64,000 nt of DNA. Source: Minisyncoccia bacterium (GTDB lineage Bacteria; Patescibacteriota; Minisyncoccia; SW-4-49-11). Both the position numbers and the translations under genes were made by a program. Of the stretch, positions 27,059-37,631 are shown in pieces. Under the pieces are notes generated by a model that saw nothing but the letters and a program-made list of their open reading frames with translations, was not told the origin of the DNA and did not search any database. The stretch lies in the NCBI GenBank assembly GCA_044341565.1, contig JBIIRM010000001.1:1159-65158 (forward strand). Direction: 5' to 3'. Positions within the stretch are counted from its first letter, which is position 1, and every line of letters begins with the position of its first letter.

Positions 27059-28444
27059 TTATTTGGAATATTTCTCAATAAATTCAGGCTTGATTTTCTT
27101 TAATTCTTTTTTCGGAAGAATGGATAATAATTCCCAAGATAAATCAAGAGTATCTAATATAGAACGGTTCTCTCGGCGACCCTGAGTAATATATCTTGTC
27201 TCAAAAGCCTCAGCAAATCGGATATAAGCTTTATCTGTCTCGGATAGGGCTGATTCACCAAGTATGAGGGCTAATTCTTTAATTTCCATTCCTTTGGCAT
27301 ATGAGGAGGCCATTTGCTCTTTGACGGCAGATAAATCTTCACGGGTATATTTTTTATTTACTCCAATACGAGAAAGAGATCCAATTGGTTGAATTGGAGG
27401 ATAAATCCCTTGATTATGAAGCTCTCTATTGACCATAATTTGCCCTTCTGTGATATATCCTGTAAGATCGGGGATTGGATGTTGTTTATCATCATCAGGC
27501 ATTGTTAGTATAGGAATTTGCGTCAATGAACCGGTAGATCCCTTGATAAGTCCCGCTCTTTCATAAAGAGTTGCTAAATCGGTATAGAGATATCCCGGAT
27601 ATCCTCTTCTTCCAGGAATTTCTTTTCTGGAGGCTGATACTTCACGGAGGGCGTCAGCATAATTGGTCATATCGGTTAATATAACTAATACATGCATATT
27701 TTTCTCAAAGGCAAGATATTCTCCCAGAGTAAGTGCTAGTCTTGGTAGGGTAATACGCTCTACAATAGGGTCGCTGGCGGTATTGATAAAGAGTGCGGCT
27801 CGCTCCATAGCTCCTGTTTTTTCAAATGAATCGATAAAGAATTGTGCTTCTTCAAAAGTAACTCCCATAGCTGCAAAAATAACAGCAAATGGTTCATCTG
27901 ACTCTACTAAATCAGTACCATTTTTTACTTCAACCACACGAGATTGTTCTGCAATTTGGGCAGCAAGTTCAGCATGAGGTAGTCCAGCTCCAGAAAATAT
28001 AGGGAGTTTTTGACCTCGTACAAGAGCATTTAATCCATCAATGGTAGAAATTCCTGTTTGAATAAATTCACTAGGGAATTGTCTTTGTCCAGGATTGATA
28101 GGGGCGCCATTGATATCTAAATATTTTTCAGCAATAATCTCGGGTCCACCATCTTTGACCTCACCAGCTCCGGTGAATACTCTTCCAAGCATTGATTCTG
28201 CAACACCAAATCTGAGTGTTTCTCCAAGAAATGCAATTTCAGCTGTTTTGGTATCAAGTCCTTCAGTATTGGTAAATAGTTGAACAATGGCGGTATCTTT
28301 ACCAGCCTCAAGTACTCTTCCTCGGCGAATATTTCCTTTTGCATCTCGAATCTCTACAATTTCCTCAAATGCAACTTCGGGTACCTTTTCCACTACTACG
28401 AGTGGTCCGGCAATTTCTTTGATTGTGTTATACCATTTCTTCAT
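27059..28444 (-). CDS. ntpB: V/A-type ATPase subunit B (regulatory)
   Basis: 461 aa with degenerate P-loop IFSGAGLPH and an alpha/beta ATPase fold (LTLGEYLAF...[16 protein letters not shown]). Confidence 0.85.
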   Translation of the reverse strand: MKKWYNTIKEIAGPLVVVEKVPEVAFEEIVEIRDAKGNIRRGRVLEAGKDTAIVQLFTNTEGLDTKTAEIAFLGETLRFGVAESMLGRVFTGAGEVKDGGPEIIAEKYLDINGAPINPGQRQFPSEFIQTGISTIDGLNALVRGQKLPIFSGAGLPHAELAAQIAEQSRVVEVKNGTDLVESDEPFAVIFAAMGVTFEEAQFFIDSFEKTGAMERAALFINTASDPIVERITLPRLALTLGEYLAFEKNMHVLVILTDMTNYADALREVSASRKEIPGRRGYPGYLYTDLATLYERAGLIKGSTGSLTQIPILTMPDDDKQHPIPDLTGYITEGQIMVNRELHNQGIYPPIQPIGSLSRIGVNKKYTREDLSAVKEQMASSYAKGMEIKELALILGESALSETDKAYIRFAEAFETRYITQGRRENRSILDTLDLSWELLSILPKKELKKIKPEFIEKYSK

Positions 28445-28453
28445 ATAATTATC

Positions 28454-30286
28454 CTAAATTCCGTTGATTACTTTATTAATACCAAAGTCTGAGTCTTGAT
28501 TATTCTCCTTGAGATTTTTGATGGTGGGAGCAATAGAATCAATTAGAGTGGTAATTGACTCTATATCTGATTCTGGTATATTTTTGAGTTTACTAATAGA
28601 TTCTCTTATTGAAAGGTCTAGTATATCAGTAATTTCAATATGTGTATTAGCTTGAGCAAATTCTAAGGCTTCTGTATGGAAAGTAAGCATTGCTTTTAAC
28701 ATCAAATACATTTTACGGGTTGAGGCAAAAGCATCCACTTCATCAAAAGCATTTTGTTGTAAATAATCTTCTCTCAAACCACGCGCAGTGTCGAGAAGAA
28801 TTTTCTCAGCATTAGATAGGGCATCCATACCTACTAATTTGATAATATCATCAAGCTCATTTTCTTTTTGTAAAATTTGCATAGCAAGATCACGAAGAGT
28901 ACCCCAATCTGAATGCGTTTTTTCAATGAAATATTCTTCTACATTATCCCGATACAAACTATAACTATTAAGCCAATGAATAGATGGGAAATGTTTTTTG
29001 GCAGCAAGTGAAGCATCAAGTCCCCAAAAAGCCTTAGTTACTTTGAGGGTAGCTTGACTTACAGGTTCAGACAAATCTCCTCCTGGAGGGGATACCGCTG
29101 CAATAATAGTAGCTGAACCAGTTCTATTTTCTGATCCAAGTGTTGTCACAATACCAGCTCTTTCATAAAAGGCTGAAATTCGAGATCCAAGATAAGCAGG
29201 ATACCCTTCTTCTCCTGGCATTTCTTCTAATCTTCCAGACATTTCTCGCATAGCTTCTGCCCAACGTGATGTTGAATCAGCCATCATAGCAACATTATAT
29301 CCCATATCTCGATAATATTCAGCTAATGTAATACCGGTATATACAGAAGCTTCACGAGCTGCAATAGGCATATTAGAAGTATTGGCAACTAAAATAGTCC
29401 GCTCCATTAAAGGTCGTCCTGATGCGGGGTCTTTTAAATGAGGGAATTCTACTAGTACATCGGTAATTTCATTTCCACGCTCACCACAACCAACATAAAT
29501 AACAATATCAGCATCAGACCATTTTGCTAATTGTTGCTGAATAACGGTTTTCCCAGCTCCAAATGGTCCTGGAACAGCGGCAGCTCCTCCTTTTGGTACA
29601 GGGAAAAAGGTGTCAATAATTCTTTGTTGTGTAATAAGAGGAGTGCGAGGAATTTGTTTAGCTTGATAAGGTCGGGGAGTACGTACTGGCCATTTATGCA
29701 TTAATTGCACAGGAGTATCTCCAATGGTAGCTATAGTTTCAGTTACGGTAAATTCACCAGATTTAATATCAGTAATTTCTCCTTCCACTCCTAAGGGGAC
29801 GAGAATTTTATGTATAATAAGTCCTGTTTCTTGTACTGTTCCTAGTATATCTCCAGGAATTACGGTATCTCCTTTTTTGAGTAATGGCTTGAATTCCCAT
29901 TTTGTCTCTCGATTAAGGCTTGGAGCGGTAACACCTTTTGCAATATATCCTGGATTTAATCCATTAGCAGCTGCCTTTTCTGCAATAACATTAAGGGGTC
30001 GTAAAATTCCATCAAATAATCCAGCAGTTAAAAGTCCAGGGCCAAGTTCTATACTAAGGGGCTCACCAGTTGAACTTACGGGTTCTCCTACAACAAGTCC
30101 AGAAGTATCTTCATATACCTGGATAGAAGCGGTATCTCCCTTAAGCTCAATAATTTCTCCCATAAGCTCAAGTGTTCCTACTTTAACCAAGTCATACATT
30201 TTAGCTCCTCTCATAGAGTCAGCAATAACAAGTGGTCCTGAGATTTTGATAATTGTTCCTGTATTCATAATAATTAGATTAATCAA
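28454..30286 (-). CDS. ntpA: V/A-type ATPase subunit A (catalytic)
   Basis: 610 aa with P-loop GPFGAGKTV and the [16 protein letters not shown]-equivalent region. Contains the non-homologous insert typical of A subunits. Confidence 0.9.
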   Translation of the reverse strand: MINLIIMNTGTIIKISGPLVIADSMRGAKMYDLVKVGTLELMGEIIELKGDTASIQVYEDTSGLVVGEPVSSTGEPLSIELGPGLLTAGLFDGILRPLNVIAEKAAANGLNPGYIAKGVTAPSLNRETKWEFKPLLKKGDTVIPGDILGTVQETGLIIHKILVPLGVEGEITDIKSGEFTVTETIATIGDTPVQLMHKWPVRTPRPYQAKQIPRTPLITQQRIIDTFFPVPKGGAAAVPGPFGAGKTVIQQQLAKWSDADIVIYVGCGERGNEITDVLVEFPHLKDPASGRPLMERTILVANTSNMPIAAREASVYTGITLAEYYRDMGYNVAMMADSTSRWAEAMREMSGRLEEMPGEEGYPAYLGSRISAFYERAGIVTTLGSENRTGSATIIAAVSPPGGDLSEPVSQATLKVTKAFWGLDASLAAKKHFPSIHWLNSYSLYRDNVEEYFIEKTHSDWGTLRDLAMQILQKENELDDIIKLVGMDALSNAEKILLDTARGLREDYLQQNAFDEVDAFASTRKMYLMLKAMLTFHTEALEFAQANTHIEITDILDLSIRESISKLKNIPESDIESITTLIDSIAPTIKNLKENNQDSDFGINKVINGI

Positions 30287-30606
30287 GAGGCGAATAATGT
30301 GTCGAGGCTCATTCCTACAGCTTTCTCGGTTAGCCGTTTTAGCTCATCCACAGATGAGCTATCACTACTAATAGGAAGTTGAGAAATAGGAATAGTAAAT
30401 GAGTTCATAATTTTCCGTTGTTTTGGTGTCAATATAATAGAAGAAGATATAAAAATAATAGCATATTGATCAATATCTTTTTCTATAGATTGAATGATAG
30501 TATCTATTGAAATCTCTTCACTATTAAAAGTTTCAAAGCCAAATAATTGAAATAAGAGAATAATATCTACCTCAGCAATTACAACGGGTTTTTTATACGG
30601 TATCAT
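30283..30606 (-). CDS. ntpF: V/A-type ATPase subunit F
   Basis: 107 aa; [18 protein letters not shown] resembles the subunit F N-terminus; operon position. Confidence 0.65.
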   Translation of the reverse strand: MIPYKKPVVIAEVDIILLFQLFGFETFNSEEISIDTIIQSIEKDIDQYAIIFISSSIILTPKQRKIMNSFTIPISQLPISSDSSSVDELKRLTEKAVGMSLDTLFAS

Positions 30607-31541
30607 ATAGCTGAATAATTAATAAATCGTAATTTAGCTTGCTTGGAGTCTATTTGCTTACCATATTGTAAAAGGAGTAATTTTATATTTGCAATAGCAT
30701 AATGTAATCTCTCAGTATATTGAATAATACGATCTCCTGACATACCAGTAAATTGAGCTTTATTTATCGCATTTATTTCTTTTCGAATAAGGGTATTTTC
30801 AATATTAATAATATTAATATCAGCGGGAGATAAATGGAGGAATTGTCCAATATCACCTAGAATATCTCCAAAGCTAAAACCCTTTACTGCATTAATAGCA
30901 AAGCTTCCCTGAATTGGTAATAAATGGCGTATAATATGCTCTCGTGATTGTCCTTTTTGGGTACGTGCTAATACATTTAATAAAGTATAGCTATTAATTT
31001 TAGTTAATATGAAGTGTTTCATCACCCTACTGGTATCTTGAAGATGTTCAAATAATAAGGTTAAAAAGACTTCTTCTAGATAAGAAATAATTCCAAAGCT
31101 ATCAGGAGAATGAATGATTTTGTCTTGTTTCGCTAAAAGTTTTTGTTTAAATTCTGTTGAATAGTATAATTGACTTGGGATTTCAGATAGAATATGTAAA
31201 AATGCTTTTTCTCCTAAAATTTCACCATATACTGTTTGATTGAGAGTAATTTTTTTTACATTTTCAAAATCTTTTTGTAATTGAAGATATATAAATGGAG
31301 CAGAGTCATGAGGAAGAAGATGTAAAATCCCATCTATTTCTTTCTGATAATAGTGATTTAATTCTTGAATAATTGTTGGGATATTATTATCAGCTATATG
31401 GAATGAGTTTTTAATTAAAGTAAATACCCCATCAATATTATCGGTTACTAATAAATGCTTTACTTCAATAGAAGAAGGCAAATGTCCTAATCTTGAGACA
31501 TATCTACTCGCAACACCAATGAGGGGTATTTGTAAACTCAT
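30603..31541 (-). CDS. ntpC: V/A-type ATPase subunit C (eukaryotic d-like)
   Basis: 312 aa, helical; position between E and F as in ntp/atp IKECFABD operons. Confidence 0.6.
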   Translation of the reverse strand: MSLQIPLIGVASRYVSRLGHLPSSIEVKHLLVTDNIDGVFTLIKNSFHIADNNIPTIIQELNHYYQKEIDGILHLLPHDSAPFIYLQLQKDFENVKKITLNQTVYGEILGEKAFLHILSEIPSQLYYSTEFKQKLLAKQDKIIHSPDSFGIISYLEEVFLTLLFEHLQDTSRVMKHFILTKINSYTLLNVLARTQKGQSREHIIRHLLPIQGSFAINAVKGFSFGDILGDIGQFLHLSPADINIINIENTLIRKEINAINKAQFTGMSGDRIIQYTERLHYAIANIKLLLLQYGKQIDSKQAKLRFINYSAI

Positions 31542-32095
31542 AATTGTTTTATGATAAGGGGAAGAGTTTTATGTTTTACTATTGCAAGAATATCTTCTAC
31601 AGTAATCTCTAAATGTCCAGATTCTAATATAGTACTAATTGTACCTAAACTCTCCGAATGATTTGAATGGGTAATAGTATATCTAAAAGGTTTAATAAGG
31701 GATTCTAATTCAGAACTATATTGTCCACTAAGCTCCAGAGTTGATGAAGAAGGAATATCTTTTAAGGTATCAGTAATCAGATTTTTAACAAATTGAGAAT
31801 TAAGAATATTAGGAAGGATTTCTTGGTATATGGTATCTAATTCAGCTTGTACAGAATATCCATAGGCAAATTTCTGAGATTTACTTTGTTGAAATTTTTT
31901 AAAATTAATTTGAGTAGAAACTGCTTCATCAATTTCTTGTGAATGGAGTCTTTTCACTTCAGCTAATTGGCTATTCCAATGAGCTTTAACATCTTGAAAT
32001 TCAACAGCATATTGAGACTCTAATTTCTCAATATCAGCATTTACTTGTGACTGAATCAAATCTGCTAAAGTCATATTATCCAATTGATACTCCAT
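31538..32095 (-). CDS. ntpE: V/A-type ATPase subunit E
   Basis: 185 aa with an N-terminal coiled coil; operon position. Confidence 0.6.
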   Translation of the reverse strand: MEYQLDNMTLADLIQSQVNADIEKLESQYAVEFQDVKAHWNSQLAEVKRLHSQEIDEAVSTQINFKKFQQSKSQKFAYGYSVQAELDTIYQEILPNILNSQFVKNLITDTLKDIPSSSTLELSGQYSSELESLIKPFRYTITHSNHSESLGTISTILESGHLEITVEDILAIVKHKTLPLIIKQL

Positions 32096-32555
32096 TAATA
32101 ATCAAAATTGAAACAAGAAGCCCAAATACAGCAAATGTTTCTACTAAAGCAGCAAGGATAATTACTTGCCCTATTTTAGATTTATCTCGAGAAATAAGTT
32201 GAATTCCACTTGCAATTACATCCCCCTGATATTTACCAGAAGCAAGACAAGTAAGTCCTACTGGAATTCCTGCAAAAGCTAATATGAGACCATTTTGCCA
32301 AGTTACATCTGCAAATTCACCAGATAAAACTCCAGTATTTTGTAAAATCAATACCGCTGCTAATAGTCCATAAATAGCTTGAGAACCTGGTAGGGCTGAT
32401 AATAATAATACATTACCAAATTGTGATTCATCTTCTGCAACAAGCCCAGCTCCAGTTTTTCCAGCGGTAGCTACTCCAATTGATGAACCAGCTCCAGCAA
32501 GCCCTGCAGCTAATGCTGCTCCTAATACTGCCAAACTTATTCCTAATACTTCCAT
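32076..32555 (-). CDS. ntpK: V/A-type ATPase proteolipid subunit K (c-subunit, 4 TM)
   Basis: 159 aa, Gly/Ala-rich with 4 TM helices, internally duplicated pattern. Confidence 0.8.
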   Translation of the reverse strand: MEVLGISLAVLGAALAAGLAGAGSSIGVATAGKTGAGLVAEDESQFGNVLLLSALPGSQAIYGLLAAVLILQNTGVLSGEFADVTWQNGLILAFAGIPVGLTCLASGKYQGDVIASGIQLISRDKSKIGQVIILAALVETFAVFGLLVSILIINGVSIG

Positions 32556-32646
32556 ATATGTAATTTAAATTCTTAATAGGGGATACAGATTCCTGCTATC
32601 CTTTTCACTATACTCTTATATATGTAAGAATACAATGAAAAGAATA

Positions 32647-34689
32647 TCAAGACTTTTCAATAATACTATATTCTTGAGATCGAGTTATCACTTGTAGAGG
32701 TTTACCTCCAGATTGGAAAAATTTACTAAAGAACTCTACAAAATGTAGTCGACCAACATTAATATATGTACCGAGTACATTAAGCGCAAGATTAAATATA
32801 TTTCCTGCAATAAAAATAATAATCATAAGAATATATCCAATCAAAATCCATGCTCCACCCTTTTCTACAAATCCACTACCAGCTAAATTAGATAAAGTAC
32901 CTACAACCCCTGCAATAATTCCTGTAGCAAGTCCTAGAGCAACTAATCGAGTATAGGATAAAATATCAGATAAATATCCTACTACTCCAAAAAAGACATC
33001 ATAAGCACCTTTTCCAAATCGAGCGAGAATTGAATTCATTTCTCGTCCAAGCGTATAAATCATTACAATAATATAGGCTATATAAAGATATAAGAGGGGA
33101 TCAATTAATAATTGTAATCCAGAGCCGAGTAATCCAAAATTAATTAATAATAATACTATTCCAAAAACTAAAGCACCAACCCATAATATGGAATCTATAC
33201 TTGATTCCCAAACAGATTTTTTATTAAAGGCTTGAATAATATTAAGTATTAATCCAAATAATAGATGAATAATACCTAATATAATAGTGAAAGCCATTAA
33301 TGCAATTACACTACCCATTGGATTAATAATTTGAATCTGTTGTAATAGAGGAATAAGACCAATATTAATGAGAAATAGCATATGAGGAGAAGCAGTTTCA
33401 GGGTTAATGGCATCAGGGGTAATACCAAACCAACTACCAAATAAAGCTCCAACAATAAGAGTAGCAATAGAGGATATGAAAATTACGGTAAAGATATCTC
33501 TTGCTCCAGACTTTAATTTAGATTGCAGAAGTCCGGCTCCCGTGAGAATAATTAAGATTAAAGCATATCCTGCCTCAGATAATGCAAGTGCAAACATAAA
33601 GGTAAAGAATAATGCAATAAATGGTGTTGGATCAATATTTCCAGCCTGAGGATATCCCATAATTCTCGTTACTGTTTCAAAGTTACGAATAATAGGGGCA
33701 TTTTTCATAATAATAGGAGTTTCAGAAATTTTGGAGGGTAATTCAATAATTTCTCCTTTTTTTGATATAGTCTGAATATCTTTTTCTAATAAATGTAATT
33801 TTTCAGAATCTATCCATATTTGCAATGAAGATGTATTATTTTCTTCAGGAGTAAAAGCATGTAAATAAGATATTATATTGAGATGAGAAGTTATTACATC
33901 ACTTAATATTGCTAAATCTTTTAATTTGATAGGAGATTTTTTTAATTCTCGATTTAATTTGAGAATAGCCTTTTTGTTTTCATTGAATTCTTGTTTGCTA
34001 CTATGATAAATATCATAAAAAGAACCAGAAACTTCAGCCGGAAATTGAATTAAGGTCGCTTGATTTTGTATGATTTCCAGGCCAATTTTTGCTTGAGATT
34101 TTGGTAGGGCTAGAATATATACATAATCAGTATCAATTTTTTTTACTGATTCTAATACAATAGAAGATAAGGTTTTTTCTAATTCATCAATAATATATTG
34201 AACCCGTGACTCATCAATTAAGAATGGTAAAAATTGAATATAAGAATAATTCTTAAAAATATCAAGTTCAATATCCTTGAGAGGATTAGATTTTGCAATA
34301 ATATCTTGTAATACTTCTTGGCGACTTATTAAATCATCTTTTAAATCATTTTTTTCTACAATTTCTTTGGCTTTTGCAATAATAAGATCTTGCTCATTAT
34401 CATAATGTGCAAATATTTGTTCAGTAATACTAAATCTATTATCGATAAGACTCGCTAAAACAGATTTTTTTTGAGGATTATAGATTTTATAAACATCCAG
34501 AGCTTTATTGATAATATCTAATTTTTCTAATAAGTCTTGCTGTTTTGTTGTGGATTGAGCATCTAGAGGGGTGTTTTCTATTTTTTCAATAATTTGTCCA
34601 ATTTGAGATTTTTGAAGATATGATAAAAGGGATAACTTTTTCTTATTGGGGATAGTGATTTGAATAAGTTTAGACGCTTGAACTCCCAT
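32647..34689 (-). CDS. ntpI: V/A-type ATPase subunit I (a-subunit)
   Basis: 680 aa with an N-terminal ~330-aa coiled-coil cytoplasmic domain and a C-terminal ~8-TM domain. Confidence 0.75.
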   Translation of the reverse strand: MGVQASKLIQITIPNKKKLSLLSYLQKSQIGQIIEKIENTPLDAQSTTKQQDLLEKLDIINKALDVYKIYNPQKKSVLASLIDNRFSITEQIFAHYDNEQDLIIAKAKEIVEKNDLKDDLISRQEVLQDIIAKSNPLKDIELDIFKNYSYIQFLPFLIDESRVQYIIDELEKTLSSIVLESVKKIDTDYVYILALPKSQAKIGLEIIQNQATLIQFPAEVSGSFYDIYHSSKQEFNENKKAILKLNRELKKSPIKLKDLAILSDVITSHLNIISYLHAFTPEENNTSSLQIWIDSEKLHLLEKDIQTISKKGEIIELPSKISETPIIMKNAPIIRNFETVTRIMGYPQAGNIDPTPFIALFFTFMFALALSEAGYALILIILTGAGLLQSKLKSGARDIFTVIFISSIATLIVGALFGSWFGITPDAINPETASPHMLFLINIGLIPLLQQIQIINPMGSVIALMAFTIILGIIHLLFGLILNIIQAFNKKSVWESSIDSILWVGALVFGIVLLLINFGLLGSGLQLLIDPLLYLYIAYIIVMIYTLGREMNSILARFGKGAYDVFFGVVGYLSDILSYTRLVALGLATGIIAGVVGTLSNLAGSGFVEKGGAWILIGYILMIIIFIAGNIFNLALNVLGTYINVGRLHFVEFFSKFFQSGGKPLQVITRSQEYSIIEKS

Positions 34690-34720
34690 ATAGATATATA
34701 TATTTACAAGATAGTATTAA

Positions 34721-34984
34721 TTATAATTGAGTAAGAATAATTTTTTGTATTTTCTTATGATCCAATTGTACTTTTTGTTTTTCAATATCAATAATATCTT
34801 GATGGGCAGATAATTTGCTGCTCACAATTTCATTCTTATTAAGAATTTCTTTTTCAAGCATATCGATAGTATTTTTTTTATCGATAATATAATGCTCTAC
34901 TGTTTTCTGGTGATTACTTTTAATTGCTTTTGCTTCTTTAACAAAAGATTTTTCAATTTCAATCAAATCAACTAATTTTTTCAT
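34721..34984 (-). CDS. small coiled-coil stator subunit (H/G-like) at head of ATPase operon
   Basis: 87 aa, charged coiled coil; first gene after the promoter, upstream of I. Confidence 0.4.
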   Translation of the reverse strand: MKKLVDLIEIEKSFVKEAKAIKSNHQKTVEHYIIDKKNTIDMLEKEILNKNEIVSSKLSAHQDIIDIEKQKVQLDHKKIQKIILTQL

Positions 34985-35004
34985 AACATAAAAGATTACA
35001 TGTC

Positions 35005-35033
35005 AGTATATCTCAATATCGACTCTTTGTCAA
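35005..35033 (-). promoter_or_regulatory. consensus sigma70-type promoter TTGACA-17-TATACT for the V/A-ATPase operon
   Basis: rc of 35028-35033 is TTGACA; 17-nt spacer; rc of 35005-35010 is TATACT; about 20 nt upstream of the ATG at 34984. Confidence 0.5.
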
Positions 35034-35040
35034 AAAACAC

Positions 35041-36483
35041 TTAGATAAAGAATTTTTTGCGAATAATTTCGTCTTGTTCTTGTTGCTTTGATTCTATAAC
35101 ATCAATAGCTTTGATTTTGAGTTCTCTCAAGTCTTGTACAGCTAATTCTTGTACTCTTGGCTTAAGATAATCAAGAGTATTCTTATTGGGATCTTCGAGT
35201 ATTTCCGCTAATAATACATTTAATATTGCTCCAATCATGGGTCCTGGTTTAATATTGAGTTCATTGATAAGCATATTTCCATCAATAGCAAGGCGTGATA
35301 AATCAATAGGATCTAACATAACTTTTTCTGTCATATATTCAAAATGCCTCAGTCTATATGGCCGTGCTTTGGGAGTTCCAGAACCAATACGGTCACATTC
35401 ACGAAGTTTGATTAAGTCTTTGATATTCTCAACGCCTACATTTCGAATTAATTTACGAATAGAAGCCTCAGTGACTTCATTGGTATCATAATAAAACATA
35501 TGATAACGTACTAATTTTGAAATGCGGGCTGCAAATTTTTTGGGATAATGTAATCGATTTAAAATCTCATAGGCCATACTGGCTCCCACCACTTCATGAT
35601 TATGAAAAGTACAGGTTTTACCCGTGCCTTCTTTGGTACGAGGTTTTGCAATATCATGTAATAGCCCCGCCATTCTCAAATCAAAGCTCCAGTTGCTATC
35701 ACAAGCATGTTGCATAGTACGAAGTAAATGCTCCCAGACATCATAAATATGATGTCCATTTTGCTCTACTCCAACACCTTCTAATAATTCGGGTATACTA
35801 TATTGTAATAATCCACTATCTTTTAGCAAAATATAGCCATTAATAGCTCGCGGAGTATTCATTATTTTGGTGATTTCATCGCGTATTCGCTCCTTGGCAA
35901 TATGCTCGAGATTAGGGGACAAATTCTGTATAGCCAATAGGGTCTTAGGTTCAATAGTGAAATCTAATTGTATTGCAAAACGAATAGCCCGCATAAGCCT
36001 GAGGGCATCTTCATTGAATCTATCCTGAGCTTCCCCCACAGTACGAATAATACCTTTTTCTAAATCAGCAAGACCTCCAAAGAAATCTTGTATTTCTCCT
36101 TTGGAATTCATCGCAAGAGCATTGACAGTAAAGTCGCGGCGAGCAAGATCAAGAGACAATTCAGACACAAATTCTACTGTCTCAGGGTGGCGATAATCTG
36201 TATAATGAGCTTCACTTCGATAGGTAGTAACTTCAATAATTTCTACCGTCTCATCAGCTTTGCGATATTTGACTCCTACAGTTCCAAAAGTATTCTCATA
36301 TACGGAGTCGGGGAATAATGTTTGGATTTGATCAGGAAGAGCATTGGTAGTAATATCCCAATCTACAGGATTTGCACCTCTTACAAGATCACGAACACTA
36401 CCTCCAACAATAAAAGCTTCATATCCCGCTTTTTCAAGAGTATGCAATATTAAAAGAATATGGTCAGGTATAGAATAAGACAT
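35041..36483 (-). CDS. cca: CCA-adding tRNA nucleotidyltransferase (class II, with HD domain)
   Basis: GGSVRDLVRG...DWDITT head domain, RRDFTVNALA, HD motif LLHDIAKP. 480 aa. Confidence 0.8.
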   Translation of the reverse strand: MSYSIPDHILLILHTLEKAGYEAFIVGGSVRDLVRGANPVDWDITTNALPDQIQTLFPDSVYENTFGTVGVKYRKADETVEIIEVTTYRSEAHYTDYRHPETVEFVSELSLDLARRDFTVNALAMNSKGEIQDFFGGLADLEKGIIRTVGEAQDRFNEDALRLMRAIRFAIQLDFTIEPKTLLAIQNLSPNLEHIAKERIRDEITKIMNTPRAINGYILLKDSGLLQYSIPELLEGVGVEQNGHHIYDVWEHLLRTMQHACDSNWSFDLRMAGLLHDIAKPRTKEGTGKTCTFHNHEVVGASMAYEILNRLHYPKKFAARISKLVRYHMFYYDTNEVTEASIRKLIRNVGVENIKDLIKLRECDRIGSGTPKARPYRLRHFEYMTEKVMLDPIDLSRLAIDGNMLINELNIKPGPMIGAILNVLLAEILEDPNKNTLDYLKPRVQELAVQDLRELKIKAIDVIESKQQEQDEIIRKKFFI

Positions 36484-36501
36484 AATTTTTCATATAAATA
36501 A

Positions 36502-36579
36502 TGGAGCCAATGGTGGGGCTCGAACCCACGACCTATGCGTTACGAATGCATTGCTCTACCAGAACTAAGCTACATTGGC
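36502..36579 (-). tRNA. tRNA-Thr (anticodon CGU), CCA encoded
   Basis: Minus-strand sequence is GCCAATG TA GCTT AGTTCTGGTA GAGC A ATGCA TTCGTAA CGCAT AGGTC GTGGG TTCGAGC CCCAC CATTGGC T CCA. Perfect 7-bp acceptor stem, T-loop TTCGAGC, anticodon loop TTCGTAA (U33, CGU, A37). Anticodon stem has one A-C mismatch. Confidence 0.8.
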
Positions 36580-36588
36580 ATAAGCATA

Positions 36589-36616
36589 GTATAGTCTAAA
36601 ATGGCTATGAGAGCAA
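36589..36616 (-). promoter_or_regulatory. candidate tRNA promoter TTGCTC-16-TATACT
   Basis: rc of 36611-36616 is TTGCTC; rc of 36589-36594 is TATACT; the tRNA 5' end lies ~10 nt downstream. Confidence 0.4.
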
Positions 36617-36651
36617 GAAGAAAAACTCGACATCATAAATAATGTCGAGTT
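36617..36651 (-). terminator. intrinsic terminator (10-bp perfect stem) for the 36673-36966 gene
   Basis: AACTCGACAT-cataaata-ATGTCGAGTT at 36624-36651. On the minus strand it is followed by TTTTTCTTC. Confidence 0.75.
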
Positions 36652-36672
36652 GATATGATTAAAAATATTTCC

Positions 36673-36966
36673 TTATGAGGATGTGGCTGGTATTCGATTG
36701 ATAAGTCTTGCAATATGCTCATGTATGAATAAAGTAGCTTCAGCTTGAAAGTTTTTTCTACTCTTATTACATTCTCTTCGAATCTCATTAATAGTTGGAC
36801 CTATGAGATCTCTTGTATGAGGATGTTCTCTGAGTATATTTTGCCAAGCCTTTCTTTTTTCAATACCACTTAATTGAGTGATAGGGAGTTTGGGTATTGC
36901 ATATTTTTCCAAATGATTCAGTATGGTATCCCAGTCTTCAAGAGCGAAAGTCAATTTTGTTGTCAT
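36673..36966 (-). CDS. hypothetical protein (about 97 aa from MTTKL; longest ORF extends to 37038)
   Basis: ORF with terminator. The extended N-terminus would overlap the upstream gene's terminator, so I prefer the internal start at 36966. Confidence 0.4.
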   Translation of the reverse strand: MTTKLTFALEDWDTILNHLEKYAIPKLPITQLSGIEKRKAWQNILREHPHTRDLIGPTINEIRRECNKSRKNFQAEATLFIHEHIARLINRIPATSS

Positions 36967-37020
36967 TGTAAATAGCAGGACATCACAAAATATATTAACA
37001 GAGACTATACTATTTGTCAA

Positions 37021-37046
37021 AAGAAAAGACCCCGACATTGTCGAGG
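37021..37046 (-). terminator. intrinsic terminator of the high-GC gene
   Basis: On the minus strand: CCTCGA-CAATG-TCGGGG (with a G-U pair) followed by TCTTTTCTTTT. Confidence 0.55.
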
Positions 37047-37067
37047 CTGGGTGAGGTTAGTGTGTTA

Positions 37068-37631
37068 TCAGGAGTCGATGAGATCCTGCAGAAGCGGGGT
37101 CCATTGATCGAGCTCATAGGCCAGGAGGTTTGATGCCTGTGCATCAATGACGCCCATGATGGTGGGTGAATCAGATCGCCCGATGAGAGCGGGCTGAGTG
37201 GTGTAATCACCCCGCTTTCTCTCCCAGTAGTCAACCGTCTTGGTAGAAAGACCGCAACGGTTACCGAGGAAGATATTCTCGGCTGTGGGGGTCTCACCTC
37301 TGCGGGTTCGATTGACTCCACTGGAGTATCTCACCTCTTGAGCAGCAAGAGCTATCAAGGTCTTGCGAGCCTTGTCGTATTGACCGTAGTCAATACGAGC
37401 CAGTGCTCGTTCAAGCTGATAGAGCTCAGCACACCTGTCGCACCAAGGTGACACGGTGACGTAGAACGCCACCAACTGAATGGGAGGCTTTCCACTCAAC
37501 CCCTTCAATTTGAGGAGGCTCTTGCGAGCTTCCACCTTCAGCTCATTGAGCTGTTTCGCTGCGATAGCGGGTGAGAAAGCAGCGCGGAGGCGCCGACGGA
37601 TCTTGAGTGGGCTTTCGATGGTAGTAGCCAT
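37068..37631 (-). CDS. hypothetical protein (187 aa) with strongly atypical composition (about 55% GC); Arg-rich N-terminus
   Basis: Clean ORF, own terminator, sharp GC step at both ends (about 37040 and 37640). No family recognised. Confidence 0.5.
   Translation of the reverse strand: MATTIESPLKIRRRLRAAFSPAIAAKQLNELKVEARKSLLKLKGLSGKPPIQLVAFYVTVSPWCDRCAELYQLERALARIDYGQYDKARKTLIALAAQEVRYSSGVNRTRRGETPTAENIFLGNRCGLSTKTVDYWERKRGDYTTQPALIGRSDSPTIMGVIDAQASNLLAYELDQWTPLLQDLIDS

Noticed and set aside
27663-27977. 104-aa plus-strand ORF, and similar short ORFs inside other genes (430-612, 3009-3230, 8392-8574, 9452-9799, 15054-15341, 57179-57460)
   Set aside because: They are embedded in or antisense to strong protein-coding genes, with low-complexity translations and no independent signals.
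29724-30371. 215-aa plus-strand ORF
   Set aside because: It is entirely antisense to the well-supported V/A-ATPase A subunit gene. A Ser/Pro/Ile-rich translation is typical of antisense frames.
37010-37321. 103-aa minus-strand ORF overlapping the high-GC gene in another frame
   Set aside because: It is an alternate-frame artefact of high GC. The 187-aa frame has the terminator and a sensible start.
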